A stretch of 64,000 nucleotides of DNA from a virus. A program made the position numbers and the translations under genes. Position 1 is the first letter of the stretch; the number at the start of each line of letters is the position of its first letter. Location: positions 135,259 through 199,258 of the IMG/VR virus record IMGVR_UViG_3300030107_001446; one strand, written 5' to 3'. Of this stretch, positions 56,901 through 64,000 are shown in pieces. A model generated the notes under the pieces. The model was not told the origin of the DNA, did not search any database, and was given only the letters and a program-made list of their open reading frames with translations.

Positions 56901-58264
56901 TTGGTTATAGTGGTGACTCTTATGTTGCTTATCCTACACAAGCTCCATCATTCCCTGATGACGACAAAGAAATTGCCATCTCACATAGAAACCATGGTAT
57001 GCATCAACGCACCAACAACGTAGAAATTGAAGGTGTTATATCTGAAGTTCCATCTACAACGTTGACTACAACTCTGTCAGCAGGTGCTACTTCAATTCAG
57101 GTACAAGATGTATCCCAATTCCATGGTGTGATAGGTGGTGCTATAATCGGTAACTTAAATCCTGGTTATATAAAGATTGAAGATGAAATCATACAATACT
57201 CAGCAATCTCTGCTAATGGACAGGTATTAACTGTCGCAACTTCTGGTAGAGGTGCTGCTGGTACTGCTGATGTAGAGCATCCCTCAGGTAGCATAGTTGA
57301 ATGTTACAATTTAGATGGGGTACCTCTTACAGAAATCAACAAAGTACATACCTCTATTGAGTGTCCTTGGTTGGATACATTTATGATAGCAGTTGACCAC
57401 GTTGCAACTAATGGTATCAGAGGTGGAGGAACACATGTATGGTCATCTCAAAACGTCCAGTTTGAGACTCTAACTCCTAGAGTATCAACCATGGTGTTGC
57501 CTGAGACTGAGGTAACAGCACGTGTTAACACAACTACTGCCACATCTGTAGGTAGTGGAGGTGGAGAAGGTGCATCACAACCACGTGACCAAGCATCCTT
57601 CGTTAATAATGGACAATATTATGATATTGTGTTGAATGAGCAAAATGCTTTCACTTCACCACAAATGATTTGCTCTAAAATTAACGAGCAAAATAAACTT
57701 GATGGTAATAAGTCTCTTACCATGGCATTAACATTGACCACAGAGAAAGATTCTGTGTCTCCATGTATTGACCTTGATAGATTATCATTGATTACAACAT
57801 CTAATAGAATCAACTGGTGGCCTGGCGGTCCTGCTCCTTATGGACAGCAGTCTCAGATTGATAGGACAATGGATGTAAGCGTCCTACCAACTGGTGACCA
57901 GAATGACGCAGTGTATCTCACTCGTCTCGCTCGCCTAGGTTCTGAGGCCAGAACTATTAAGATTGATTTCCAAACTACTAGACATCCATCAACAGAGATT
58001 AGAGTTTACTATCGTGCATTCAAGCAAGGTGATAACGCTGATCCTAATACAGTTGGATGGACATATGTTGGTGCTCCTCTAAGTGAGGTCAATAACCAAT
58101 CATATGACTCTTCTGGTACTGATGAAATTCTTTGGAAGGATTATGCTTACGAAGTTAACGGACTTAATTTTAACGCATTCCAGATAAAAATCGTAATGAG
58201 ATCTTGGAGTCAAGCAAGAGTTCCATTGATTGCCGACTTGAGGGCTATAGCGTTAGCTACATAG
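50930..58264 (+). CDS. DUF4815 / VrlC-like large virion structural protein
   Basis: 2444 aa; MPQ.TNLN.SPYFDDF...KNFYRVLFRPG.P.QARELT..QSILQ.Q N-terminus, R.KNG..VDDF core and W.DPLAQSF...GVFLT.VD.FF. Confidence 0.9.
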   Translation: MPQNTNLNISPYFDDFDKDKNFYRVLFRPGYPIQARELTTMQSILQNQLESVGQHFFKEGSMVIPGQVGYDLQVQAIILQQSFLGVDVETYRTQITGQIIEGITTGIKAKVLYSIPSTESSRGYITLYVKYVESGDSVSDTGIKTFQPNEQLLAENEITFGTTLIEVGSPFAQLLPVESTAVASTAYINAGVYFIRGHFVDVASSYLILDQYSNNPSYRVGLEVSESIVTPEDDPSLNDNAAGTSNYSAPGGHRFRIKTSLVKKPINDETDKNFIELLRINNSKIEQFVTHTAYSELERSLARRTFEESGDYVIDTFAVKARESLDDGFNNGVYSAGETTSGGQLASDDLISFEISPGRAYVKGYRTEFLVPQYVDADKPRDFDSVQNAILAFRLGQFVKVYDIYGWPNLTGEGVSAAYQTLELYDDWTLNTTNTVTGTLIGRCRTVQLQEDQTGIWDLWIFDAQMFTAINFAAGNNSVAVGDLLRGRTSQATGFVAESGSGTNCRLEQVSGVFLNGEVIERDGRVVGTMEAAHTFNLTDTRSCVGREDPSNGSSTIIFGANWLLNDQAEIEGSTITIDQAGNSRLEGFRTKFANDLRPGDVVTSTNTSSEGENTLRIQTVDVTALNITAQNAATGQSGFIFDYLNQYALLEAAAKKGTVNDAEVNSLIRMRPFVFQKDYQNGELTIDTPRTSMKSIADESFFVYRTFNNKTVVSGGVTVSLPESEQFATLDDENYILTIIAESGSAWNVGDNLNIEALSEAGTLTVTFGADRQSITIDQLANVNTIKLTALVSKNIVSKKIKTAAKMRAMKVIRTRINNDQTKYGLAYGNLYGTRIEDEEISFALNDVYNVHAVYESETDADAAPPYVVLTESTFFDNGTVIVGRTSGARGRVIQFINSTLRLYFVQLNEIPFAAGETIDGVDDDGVPLNAIVDDAEGSVSRGSKVITTQYTLEAGQKAHFYDVCKITRYPQYTPPIRKLLVIFDYFIHESSGDYFASQSYTGIDYKDIPKYKLDGSINFLRDQVDFRPGVGELASGSGTVTQPFYVNCASLDFAARQFDTSGGVGGSTIFDIPKVNTEIRMDYAYYLPRADKLYLTHDNQLKVVKGVSSEDLPPPDGIENAMLLAQIEYRPYVYDVERDILINPEIIRRYTMKDIGDLETRLEHVEYYTSLSLLEVQAENTKTYDDNGFDRLKNGYVVDDFTDHNVGDVFSIDYKCSLDFQNGFLRPSHYTTNVPLELNMASSSNIVKTEGNMALLPWDDLAIITQPYASRVENVNPFNVFTFIGRVDLTPASDDWLDTKRLPARVENVEGDFSAVSRDLQVDQNGFAPIQWGSWKTNWTGESLLSTSQFRNRSGSFSAGGRKLGRLGHGQGRQPIFVHERRTWRVVNNQARQGIRTRVVPKIDRKSLGDSVLSQTAIPWIRSRNVAFNVERMKPRTRVFAFFDGVNVSTYITPKVIELVKSSTANPLSNETPFVTGETVVGSISGCRLKVAAANDGYATDPYATGTATLQESYASNTPYINIDTKSLAESVNPNYYGNMVIGEILIGQTSGARGVVKDRRLLTDNIGNLQGTFFIPNPGNDSNPRWATGTRTFRFTTSSTNSKASGEVDSSAETTYTAQGELKTVRENILAVRNAELVRDTVSDTRQVITTRTETRQIGWYDPLAQSFLCDEEGGVFLTGVDVFFKTKDANIPISMQIRTMENGYPTKDILPFSDVTISPSQIELSDNAAIPSRFTFRSPVYIKQSTEYCFVLLSDSNEYTVWISRMGDIDVSGTRTISEQPYAGVLFKSQNASTWTADQFEDMKFTVYRAKFNQMQGTAILNNAELGKGNGGIHNLIENPILTLKPKQTLLLPATQNFNFTIGARIKQEPSGASATIVEFDSISDPEKLTITDIDGAFAAGFLDANNDPFQGLRSSQSVSSIVLSAVYNGTFEVGDVVTGSTSGATGTVTAYDAGTTTLTLNYISKAFDTGDTLSEPGGTSATITSIGYSGDSYVAYPTQAPSFPDDDKEIAISHRNHGMHQRTNNVEIEGVISEVPSTTLTTTLSAGATSIQVQDVSQFHGVIGGAIIGNLNPGYIKIEDEIIQYSAISANGQVLTVATSGRGAAGTADVEHPSGSIVECYNLDGVPLTEINKVHTSIECPWLDTFMIAVDHVATNGIRGGGTHVWSSQNVQFETLTPRVSTMVLPETEVTARVNTTTATSVGSGGGEGASQPRDQASFVNNGQYYDIVLNEQNAFTSPQMICSKINEQNKLDGNKSLTMALTLTTEKDSVSPCIDLDRLSLITTSNRINWWPGGPAPYGQQSQIDRTMDVSVLPTGDQNDAVYLTRLARLGSEARTIKIDFQTTRHPSTEIRVYYRAFKQGDNADPNTVGWTYVGAPLSEVNNQSYDSSGTDEILWKDYAYEVNGLNFNAFQIKIVMRSWSQARVPLIADLRAIALAT

Positions 58265-58314
58265 AACCTCATCCCCAACCCTTACATGGTTGATTATAAT
58301 TATTATTATTCCAT

Positions 58315-58593
58315 ATGTCAAGTTCTAAAGATCACTCCGACCAGATTCAACCTTTCAAAGATGACCTAATCCCAGTCGAGAACAGGGATGGGTGGTTTAG
58401 AGACCCCGAATCTAATGCTGTAGTTAACTGTAACAAAACACAGTATGAACAATATATGGCATCATATAACAAGCGTCAAAAGAAAGACGATGACTTCGAC
58501 AGTTTACAAAACGATGTAGACCTGCTAAAATCAGATATATCTGACATGAAGTCAATGCTTACACTATTATTGGAGAAAGAAAATGCCAGCTGA
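58315..58593 (+). CDS. conserved small coiled-coil protein (possible fibre assembly factor)
   Basis: 92 aa; RD..S.AVVN....Y..Y then heptads DFDSLQNDVDLLKSDISDMKSML. Confidence 0.75.
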   Translation: MSSSKDHSDQIQPFKDDLIPVENRDGWFRDPESNAVVNCNKTQYEQYMASYNKRQKKDDDFDSLQNDVDLLKSDISDMKSMLTLLLEKENAS

Positions 58594-58807
58594 TGTGACC
58601 GAAACACAAGACCCTGCGGAACTGCTAGGGCAATTTAAAGAAAGATATCAAGCTCTACTTGGAGAGAATCAACAACTCGCTAAGAAGATTAAAGATAACG
58701 AAAGTACTGCTCTAAAACTTCTAGGTGCTATTGAAACATTAGAATATTTGAATCCTCCTACAGAGGAAACACCACCAACAGAGGAAACAGCAGCAGAAGA
58801 CACATAA
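58583..58807 (+). CDS. small coiled-coil hypothetical protein
   Basis: 74 aa; QFKERY..L..ENQQL..KIK.NE..ALKLLGAIETLEYL. Confidence 0.75.
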   Translation: MPADVTETQDPAELLGQFKERYQALLGENQQLAKKIKDNESTALKLLGAIETLEYLNPPTEETPPTEETAAEDT

Positions 58808-58810
58808 ATA
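58803..58810 (+). promoter_or_regulatory. T4-type late promoter variant overlapping a stop codon
   Basis: CATAAATA contains the TAA at 58805-58807; fibre ATG at 58848. Confidence 0.7.
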
Positions 58811-58847
58811 AACCAGTAAGACTGTGCTCTGAAGGATCCCTAATTAA

Positions 58848-61800
58848 ATGGCAAATAGACTACAACTAAGACGTGATGGTGCACAGCAGTGGGCTAACGT
58901 CAACCCAATCCTAGCTCAGGGTGAGTTGGGTATCGAAATAGATACCTCTCGACTGAAGATAGGAGATGGTGTCACATCTTGGAACTCTCTTAAGTATGAG
59001 AGACCATTAGAAACAGAATCAAACACTGCAAATACACTTGTTAAAAGGGACGCTGATGGTAACTTTGAAGCAGGAGCCATTACTGCTTCTTTAGTTGGTA
59101 ACGCTGCTACAGCAACAAGATTAGCAAACGCTCGATCTATCGCCTTAGGTGGTGATATGTCGGGTAGTGGTACGTTCGATGGATCCTCGAACCTAACTAT
59201 CACTGCTGAATTGAATTATGCTGTTGCTCTACCTCATTATGACCCTAATGATTTAGATGCGACAGGTACATATAGTCAGGTTACAGTTGACTCTCGTGGT
59301 CGTATTGTTGATGCAACTAACCCTACCACTTTAAGTGCATATGGAATTGCTGACGCACAACCATTAGATAGTGACCTATCTTCACTAGCAAGTATGACTA
59401 CATTTGGTCTGCTCTCAAGGCAGTCTGAAGGTGCTATTGTTAGTAGAAGTATTACAGGTGGTGCTAATAGAATCCTTGTACAGAATGGTAATGGTCAAGC
59501 ATCTAACCCATTCATTGACCTTGCTGATACTACAGTTGTTGTCGGTGACTATAACCCTATAGGTAACCTAGACACACCTCTAATATCTGCAACCACTGGT
59601 GACGAGACAGTTAACACAACTAACTTTAACGTTGACAGATATGGTCGTTTAACATTTGCTCAGACTTCTGCTATTGCTACAGCAAAAGTAGGTACTGAAG
59701 CATCTGCATTTAGTAATGGTACTTCGTATAGTAGATTTGATAGAATTAAAAACTCTACTGATAAATTCTACGAAGCATCTATTAGAGATATTCCTCCTGG
59801 ATTGGGAGAACCAACTCATACAGATACAAGTGATACAGGTGGATGGAGATACTTAGGTAGTGCTCTATCACCACAGAAAGGTATAGCATCTTTCAATCAA
59901 GAAGACTTTAGTATTACTGCATGGTTAGACCCACAACAGGGTGGACATGTAAGTATTGCTGAGAGAGGTGTAGAAAACTCTCAACTTCAATCATTAGGAC
60001 ATCTAATGTTTGGAGATAGTCAAACTACACAGACATTAGAATTAGACCCAGAGCGTAATCAACACAACGCATATCATGGTCTAACCCATCTAAACCACCT
60101 TAACATTAATAACCGTGGTGGTAACGTTGCTGCAAGAATAGTTGCTTATGATACTGCTGAGTATCCATATCAACCAGGTATATTATCACAGGGTAGTAGT
60201 TATTCAGCACCTGCTGCTGATGCCCAGTATGGTAATAGTAAAGAATTTACAGGGTCATCCTTAACAGGTATATTTGACCTTAACTTAGACACAACATTCT
60301 CTGCTGATGTATTACTTGATGGTGATAAGAGAGATCAAGAATTAAAGAGAGTCGTAGCACCTGACGCTACTGAAACCAACCGCATGAGATTTACTTATGC
60401 TGCGGATTCAGCAAATGATGTTGACATGCTTATCTCCTCTACTAACGCAGGGGCAGGTAATGCAACAATTAATATACAGGCAGACCAAGGAATGGTCCTT
60501 ACTGCCATACATCCAGATGCGAGGGTATGTTTTGAAAACTTCCATGCGAAAGCTAATGTCTTGGCTTGCGATCCTGGCAGTAATCTGGTCCTTGATCCAG
60601 ATGACAATCAACAGAATACAGGTACTGTAGAAATTTGGGGTGACCTATTAGTACAAGGTCAGACCACTACAGTTAACTCAACTGTAATGACAGTAGACGA
60701 TCCTATCATTACATTGGGTGGAGACACTGCTCCAGGTTCTGCTGATAGTAAAGATCGTGGTATAGAATTTAGATATTATAGAACTGGAGACCAAGCAAGG
60801 GTTGGATTCTTTGGTTGGGATAACGATTATGCAAACTCTAACATATGGACTGGCACTGGCGGCTTTAGGTTCCTCCTCGATGCCACTAACTCCTCTGAAA
60901 TTTTCTCTGGCACTGACGCTCCTATCATTGCTGGAACACTCGCACTCACAACAAACACAGGAAGCAACTCCACGTCGGAAGGGTCTCTGGTAGTAACTGG
61001 TGGTGTAGGTATATCACAAAATGTCCACATAGGTGGTACTACAACTATCGCAGGACAGACAGAGATTAACGATACAGTGTTAATCAAGTCTGATAATGAA
61101 GACTTTAAGATTCAGACTGCTGCGGGTGTAGATAAGTTTACAGTTGATACTGATACTGGTAACACAGTTATTAAAGGTACAACTAATGCTGATGGTGATG
61201 CTTATTTCTATTCTGACTTCTATGTTAGAGCAGACAATAAGGGATTCATGGTCCAGAATGCAAATGGTGATAACTTATTCTGGGTTGATACTGACAATGG
61301 TAACTTCCACACCGATGGCACGATGGACATCGATGGTGGTTCTACCTTAAACAGTACTTTAGATGTAGATGGTGCTACTACTCTTAACAGCACATTAGAT
61401 GTTGATGATGATGTAGTCTTCCATAATGACTTCCTAATGGATGTCACTGGTAAAGAGTTTAAGATTACTAATGGTACCGATACTAAATTCCTTATCAGTA
61501 GCACAAATGGTAACACTGATATTGAAGGTAGTTTAAACATAGGTGGATTCAACACCTTTGAAAGGACAAATAATATAACAGTTGATACTACTGCTAACGA
61601 TGCCATCACTAAGACTGCTGATGGAAATGCTACATTTGCAGGTGGTGTTAACATCGATAAGGATGTAAGAATAGGTGGAGACTTATATGTCTCAGACAGA
61701 ATTGATTCTAAGGATGCTGGTACAGCAAGGACACGTCCTTCTCTACTTAATAACTTAGATGTAAGATATCGTGAGTATATTGGTAGTGTTGCAGCACATA

Positions 61801-64000
61801 ACGCAACATTCGCTGATGACCCAGATGCAAACCTTAGAGTAGCAGGTGGTGCAGGTATCGTAGCAGACCTACATGTAGGAGATGACTTCTATGTTGGTAA
61901 GGTTGGTACTAATGATAACGTAGAGTTTTCTATCTTAGGTGAGTCTGGATATACAACTATAGGTCGTGTAGGACAGGGTGGTGCAACAGATGGTGCTCTC
62001 GTAGTCCATGGTGACGCAACATTTAATAGAGAATTTAATATAACTGGTAGTCTTACTACCATTGGTAATGCTAATACTGATGTATTAACAGTCAATGCAG
62101 TATCGCAATTTACCGATGATGTCACAGTTGACGGAAGTTTAACAGTCAACACCAACGCATTAATCGAAGGTAACCTCACAGTTAATGGTACTACTACAAC
62201 AGTTAATAGCACTACAGTAACTGTAGATGACCCTGTATTCACATTGGGTGGAGACACTGCTCCAGGTTCTCAAGATGCATTAGACCGTGGTATAGAATTT
62301 AGATACCATGATGGTGTTACTGCAAGAATAGGATTCTTTGGTTGGGATACTTCAGCATCAAGATATGCATTCTATAATGCTGCAACTAATTCATCAGAGG
62401 CATTCTCTGGAGTACGCTCAGGAATTGATGCAGGAAGTTTAAAATTATTTGATACAACTAATGCTACTAATGCTGCTACAGGTGCATTAATCGTAGGTGG
62501 TGGTGCTTCTGTAGGTCTTGACTTCTATGTTGGAGACGACTTAGTTGTTACTGATGATGGTAGTTTTGGTGGCAATGTAGATATCACAGGTACTCTTGAT
62601 GTAACTGATGATTTTGCGGTCAACTCTACTAAGTTTACAGTTGATGCTGGTACAGGTAACACTGTAATAGCAGGGACTGTCCAAGTAGATGGTAACGCAA
62701 CTATCGGTAATTCTGGATCTGATGCACATAGTGTTACAGGTACTGTCCAGTTTAACCAAGCGATTACTTCCACAGATATCACTGCGGATAATATTAAAAT
62801 AGGTGTTGATGGTGATACTGAAATTTCTACTACCTCTGGAAATCTAGTATTAGATTCAGCAGGTGGTACAGTAAATGTTACAGATGATTTAGATGTTGAC
62901 CTCAACCTTAATGTCGATGGTAATACCAAGGTTGATGGTACCCTTACCGTTGATGGAAATACTACTATTGGTAATGCTTCTGGTGACGCTCATTCTGTTA
63001 CAGGTACAGTTCAATTCAACCAAGCAATCACTTCCACAGATATCACAGCTGATTCTGTTACTATTGGTGTGGACTCTGATTCTGAAATTAGCACAACTTC
63101 TGGAAACAACCTTATACTTGACTCCGCAACTGGAGAGACTCAAGTCGATGATAACCTCACAGTCACTGGTACGTTAGATGTAGATGGTAACACACAGATT
63201 GGTAACAACTCTGGTGATGCTCATGCCTTCACAGGTACAGTAACATTCAATCAGGCAATTACATCTACTGACATCACTGCTGACAACGTGCAGATTGGTG
63301 TATCAGGTGCATCTGAAGTTGATACTTCCTCTGGTAACTTAACTCTTGACTCTGCTACTGGTGAGACAGTTATTGATGATAACGTAACTGTTAATGGCAC
63401 AGCAGATATTGATGGTCTTACTACTATTACAGACGGTCTAACAGTCAAGGCAGATAACAAGTTAGTTTCTATCCAAACTGCAGCTGGATTAACTAAGGTT
63501 AGTTTTGATACTGACAATGGTAATACAGATATTCAAGGAACTCTTAATGTAGAGGGTGCTACAACTATTGATGACACTCTTAATGTCACACAGGCAGTAG
63601 ACCTAGACACTACATTGAATGTAGATGGTGCTGCTACTTTCCAAGATAACGTTGTATTGAATGCTGATAATAAAGAATTTGCAATACAGTTAGATGATGG
63701 CACAGACAAGTTTACAGTCCAGTCGGCAACTGGTAACACAGATATTCAAGGAACACTGGATGTTAATGGAGCTACTAATGTTACTAACACTGTTGGTATC
63801 ACTGGTGTTACCTCCATCACTAATGCTACTAATCCTTCTAACCTAATTGATACTGCTGCATTCAACGTAACAGGTGGTGCAGTTATTAATAAGGATGTCT
63901 TCTTCGGTGAAGACTTCTACATGGGTCCAAACAATGCTCCTACCTTATCAGTTGTAGGTGCATCTGGAAATACAACTATTCTTGGTACTCTTAACGTTAC
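58848..64000 (+). CDS. long tail fibre protein (partial, runs off the window end; missed by the ORF track)
   Basis: ATG at 58848, MANRLQLRRDGAQQWANVNPILAQGELGIEIDTSRLKIGDG.T.WNSL.Y (Mtd-N-like fibre anchor). Frame spot-checks are consistent through to the last codons (..ASGNTTILGTLNV; more than 1717 codons). Repetitive G.L.V.G.T.. beta-strand segments. Confidence 0.9.
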   Translation, partial: MANRLQLRRDGAQQWANVNPILAQGELGIEIDTSRLKIGDGVTSWNSLKYERPLETESNTANTLVKRDADGNFEAGAITASLVGNAATATRLANARSIALGGDMSGSGTFDGSSNLTITAELNYAVALPHYDPNDLDATGTYSQVTVDSRGRIVDATNPTTLSAYGIADAQPLDSDLSSLASMTTFGLLSRQSEGAIVSRSITGGANRILVQNGNGQASNPFIDLADTTVVVGDYNPIGNLDTPLISATTGDETVNTTNFNVDRYGRLTFAQTSAIATAKVGTEASAFSNGTSYSRFDRIKNSTDKFYEASIRDIPPGLGEPTHTDTSDTGGWRYLGSALSPQKGIASFNQEDFSITAWLDPQQGGHVSIAERGVENSQLQSLGHLMFGDSQTTQTLELDPERNQHNAYHGLTHLNHLNINNRGGNVAARIVAYDTAEYPYQPGILSQGSSYSAPAADAQYGNSKEFTGSSLTGIFDLNLDTTFSADVLLDGDKRDQELKRVVAPDATETNRMRFTYAADSANDVDMLISSTNAGAGNATINIQADQGMVLTAIHPDARVCFENFHAKANVLACDPGSNLVLDPDDNQQNTGTVEIWGDLLVQGQTTTVNSTVMTVDDPIITLGGDTAPGSADSKDRGIEFRYYRTGDQARVGFFGWDNDYANSNIWTGTGGFRFLLDATNSSEIFSGTDAPIIAGTLALTTNTGSNSTSEGSLVVTGGVGISQNVHIGGTTTIAGQTEINDTVLIKSDNEDFKIQTAAGVDKFTVDTDTGNTVIKGTTNADGDAYFYSDFYVRADNKGFMVQNANGDNLFWVDTDNGNFHTDGTMDIDGGSTLNSTLDVDGATTLNSTLDVDDDVVFHNDFLMDVTGKEFKITNGTDTKFLISSTNGNTDIEGSLNIGGFNTFERTNNITVDTTANDAITKTADGNATFAGGVNIDKDVRIGGDLYVSDRIDSKDAGTARTRPSLLNNLDVRYREYIGSVAAHNATFADDPDANLRVAGGAGIVADLHVGDDFYVGKVGTNDNVEFSILGESGYTTIGRVGQGGATDGALVVHGDATFNREFNITGSLTTIGNANTDVLTVNAVSQFTDDVTVDGSLTVNTNALIEGNLTVNGTTTTVNSTTVTVDDPVFTLGGDTAPGSQDALDRGIEFRYHDGVTARIGFFGWDTSASRYAFYNAATNSSEAFSGVRSGIDAGSLKLFDTTNATNAATGALIVGGGASVGLDFYVGDDLVVTDDGSFGGNVDITGTLDVTDDFAVNSTKFTVDAGTGNTVIAGTVQVDGNATIGNSGSDAHSVTGTVQFNQAITSTDITADNIKIGVDGDTEISTTSGNLVLDSAGGTVNVTDDLDVDLNLNVDGNTKVDGTLTVDGNTTIGNASGDAHSVTGTVQFNQAITSTDITADSVTIGVDSDSEISTTSGNNLILDSATGETQVDDNLTVTGTLDVDGNTQIGNNSGDAHAFTGTVTFNQAITSTDITADNVQIGVSGASEVDTSSGNLTLDSATGETVIDDNVTVNGTADIDGLTTITDGLTVKADNKLVSIQTAAGLTKVSFDTDNGNTDIQGTLNVEGATTIDDTLNVTQAVDLDTTLNVDGAATFQDNVVLNADNKEFAIQLDDGTDKFTVQSATGNTDIQGTLDVNGATNVTNTVGITGVTSITNATNPSNLIDTAAFNVTGGAVINKDVFFGEDFYMGPNNAPTLSVVGASGNTTILGTLNV

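Noticed and set aside
58276-58300. CAACC/GGTTG hairpin and TATAAT upstream of the 92-aa gene
   Set aside because: The stem is only 5 bp with no U-tract and there is no -35 at proper spacing; a -10-only promoter cannot be excluded but is unsupported.
58848-59000. Mtd-like N-terminus suggesting a diversity-generating retroelement target
   Set aside because: There is no reverse transcriptase and no template/variable repeat pair with adenine-specific mismatches in the window; the motif is a common fibre anchor.
7398-63739. Dozens of 60-146-aa minus-strand and off-frame ORFs listed in the track
   Set aside because: All lie inside long plus-strand genes, have low-complexity shadow-frame composition (Pro/Ser/Thr/Val-rich), and show no motifs or RBS; they are expected antisense shadows of biased codon usage.
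1-64000. tRNA, rRNA, CRISPR array, integrase or transposase, and auxiliary metabolic genes (psbA, hli, etc.)
   Set aside because: None were recognised: no full cloverleaf, no regularly spaced repeat-spacer array and no matching protein motifs.

Overview
This window is a segment of a T4-like marine cyanophage genome (Kyanoviridae-type myovirus; the low GC, roughly 30-40% by eye, suggests a Prochlorococcus/Synechococcus host). Every credible gene is on the + strand. Positions 1-6300 are an AT-rich early island: an SF2 (DExH) helicase, about 20 small conserved-looking hypothetical ORFs, host sigma70-type promoters, structured leaders and an origin-like non-coding zone. Positions 6300-11600 hold an NlpC/P60 peptidase, an AbrB-type protein, a 1203-aa structural protein and a Cys-rich PAAR spike tip. 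Positions 11600-64000 are the late baseplate/fibre module: gp25, gp6, a single uninterrupted 9914-aa gp7-like protein, a YHYH protein, a gp9/gp10-like protein with a cupredoxin tip, gp8, a 2444-aa DUF4815/VrlC-like protein and a tail fibre that runs off the end. T4-type late promoters (TATAAATA/CTAAATA) punctuate this module. The most unusual signals are (i) 30 Cys/His-motif repeats in the giant protein that are nested inside each other like brackets, (ii) many candidate Cu, Zn and Ca sites on virion proteins, (iii) a shared upstream box plus long 5'-stem RNA leaders at early promoters, and (iv) clustered cyanobacterial DnaA-box matches with hairpins and a G-quadruplex-forming tract at the early/late boundary. 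All family assignments come from motif recognition by eye; no database search was run.
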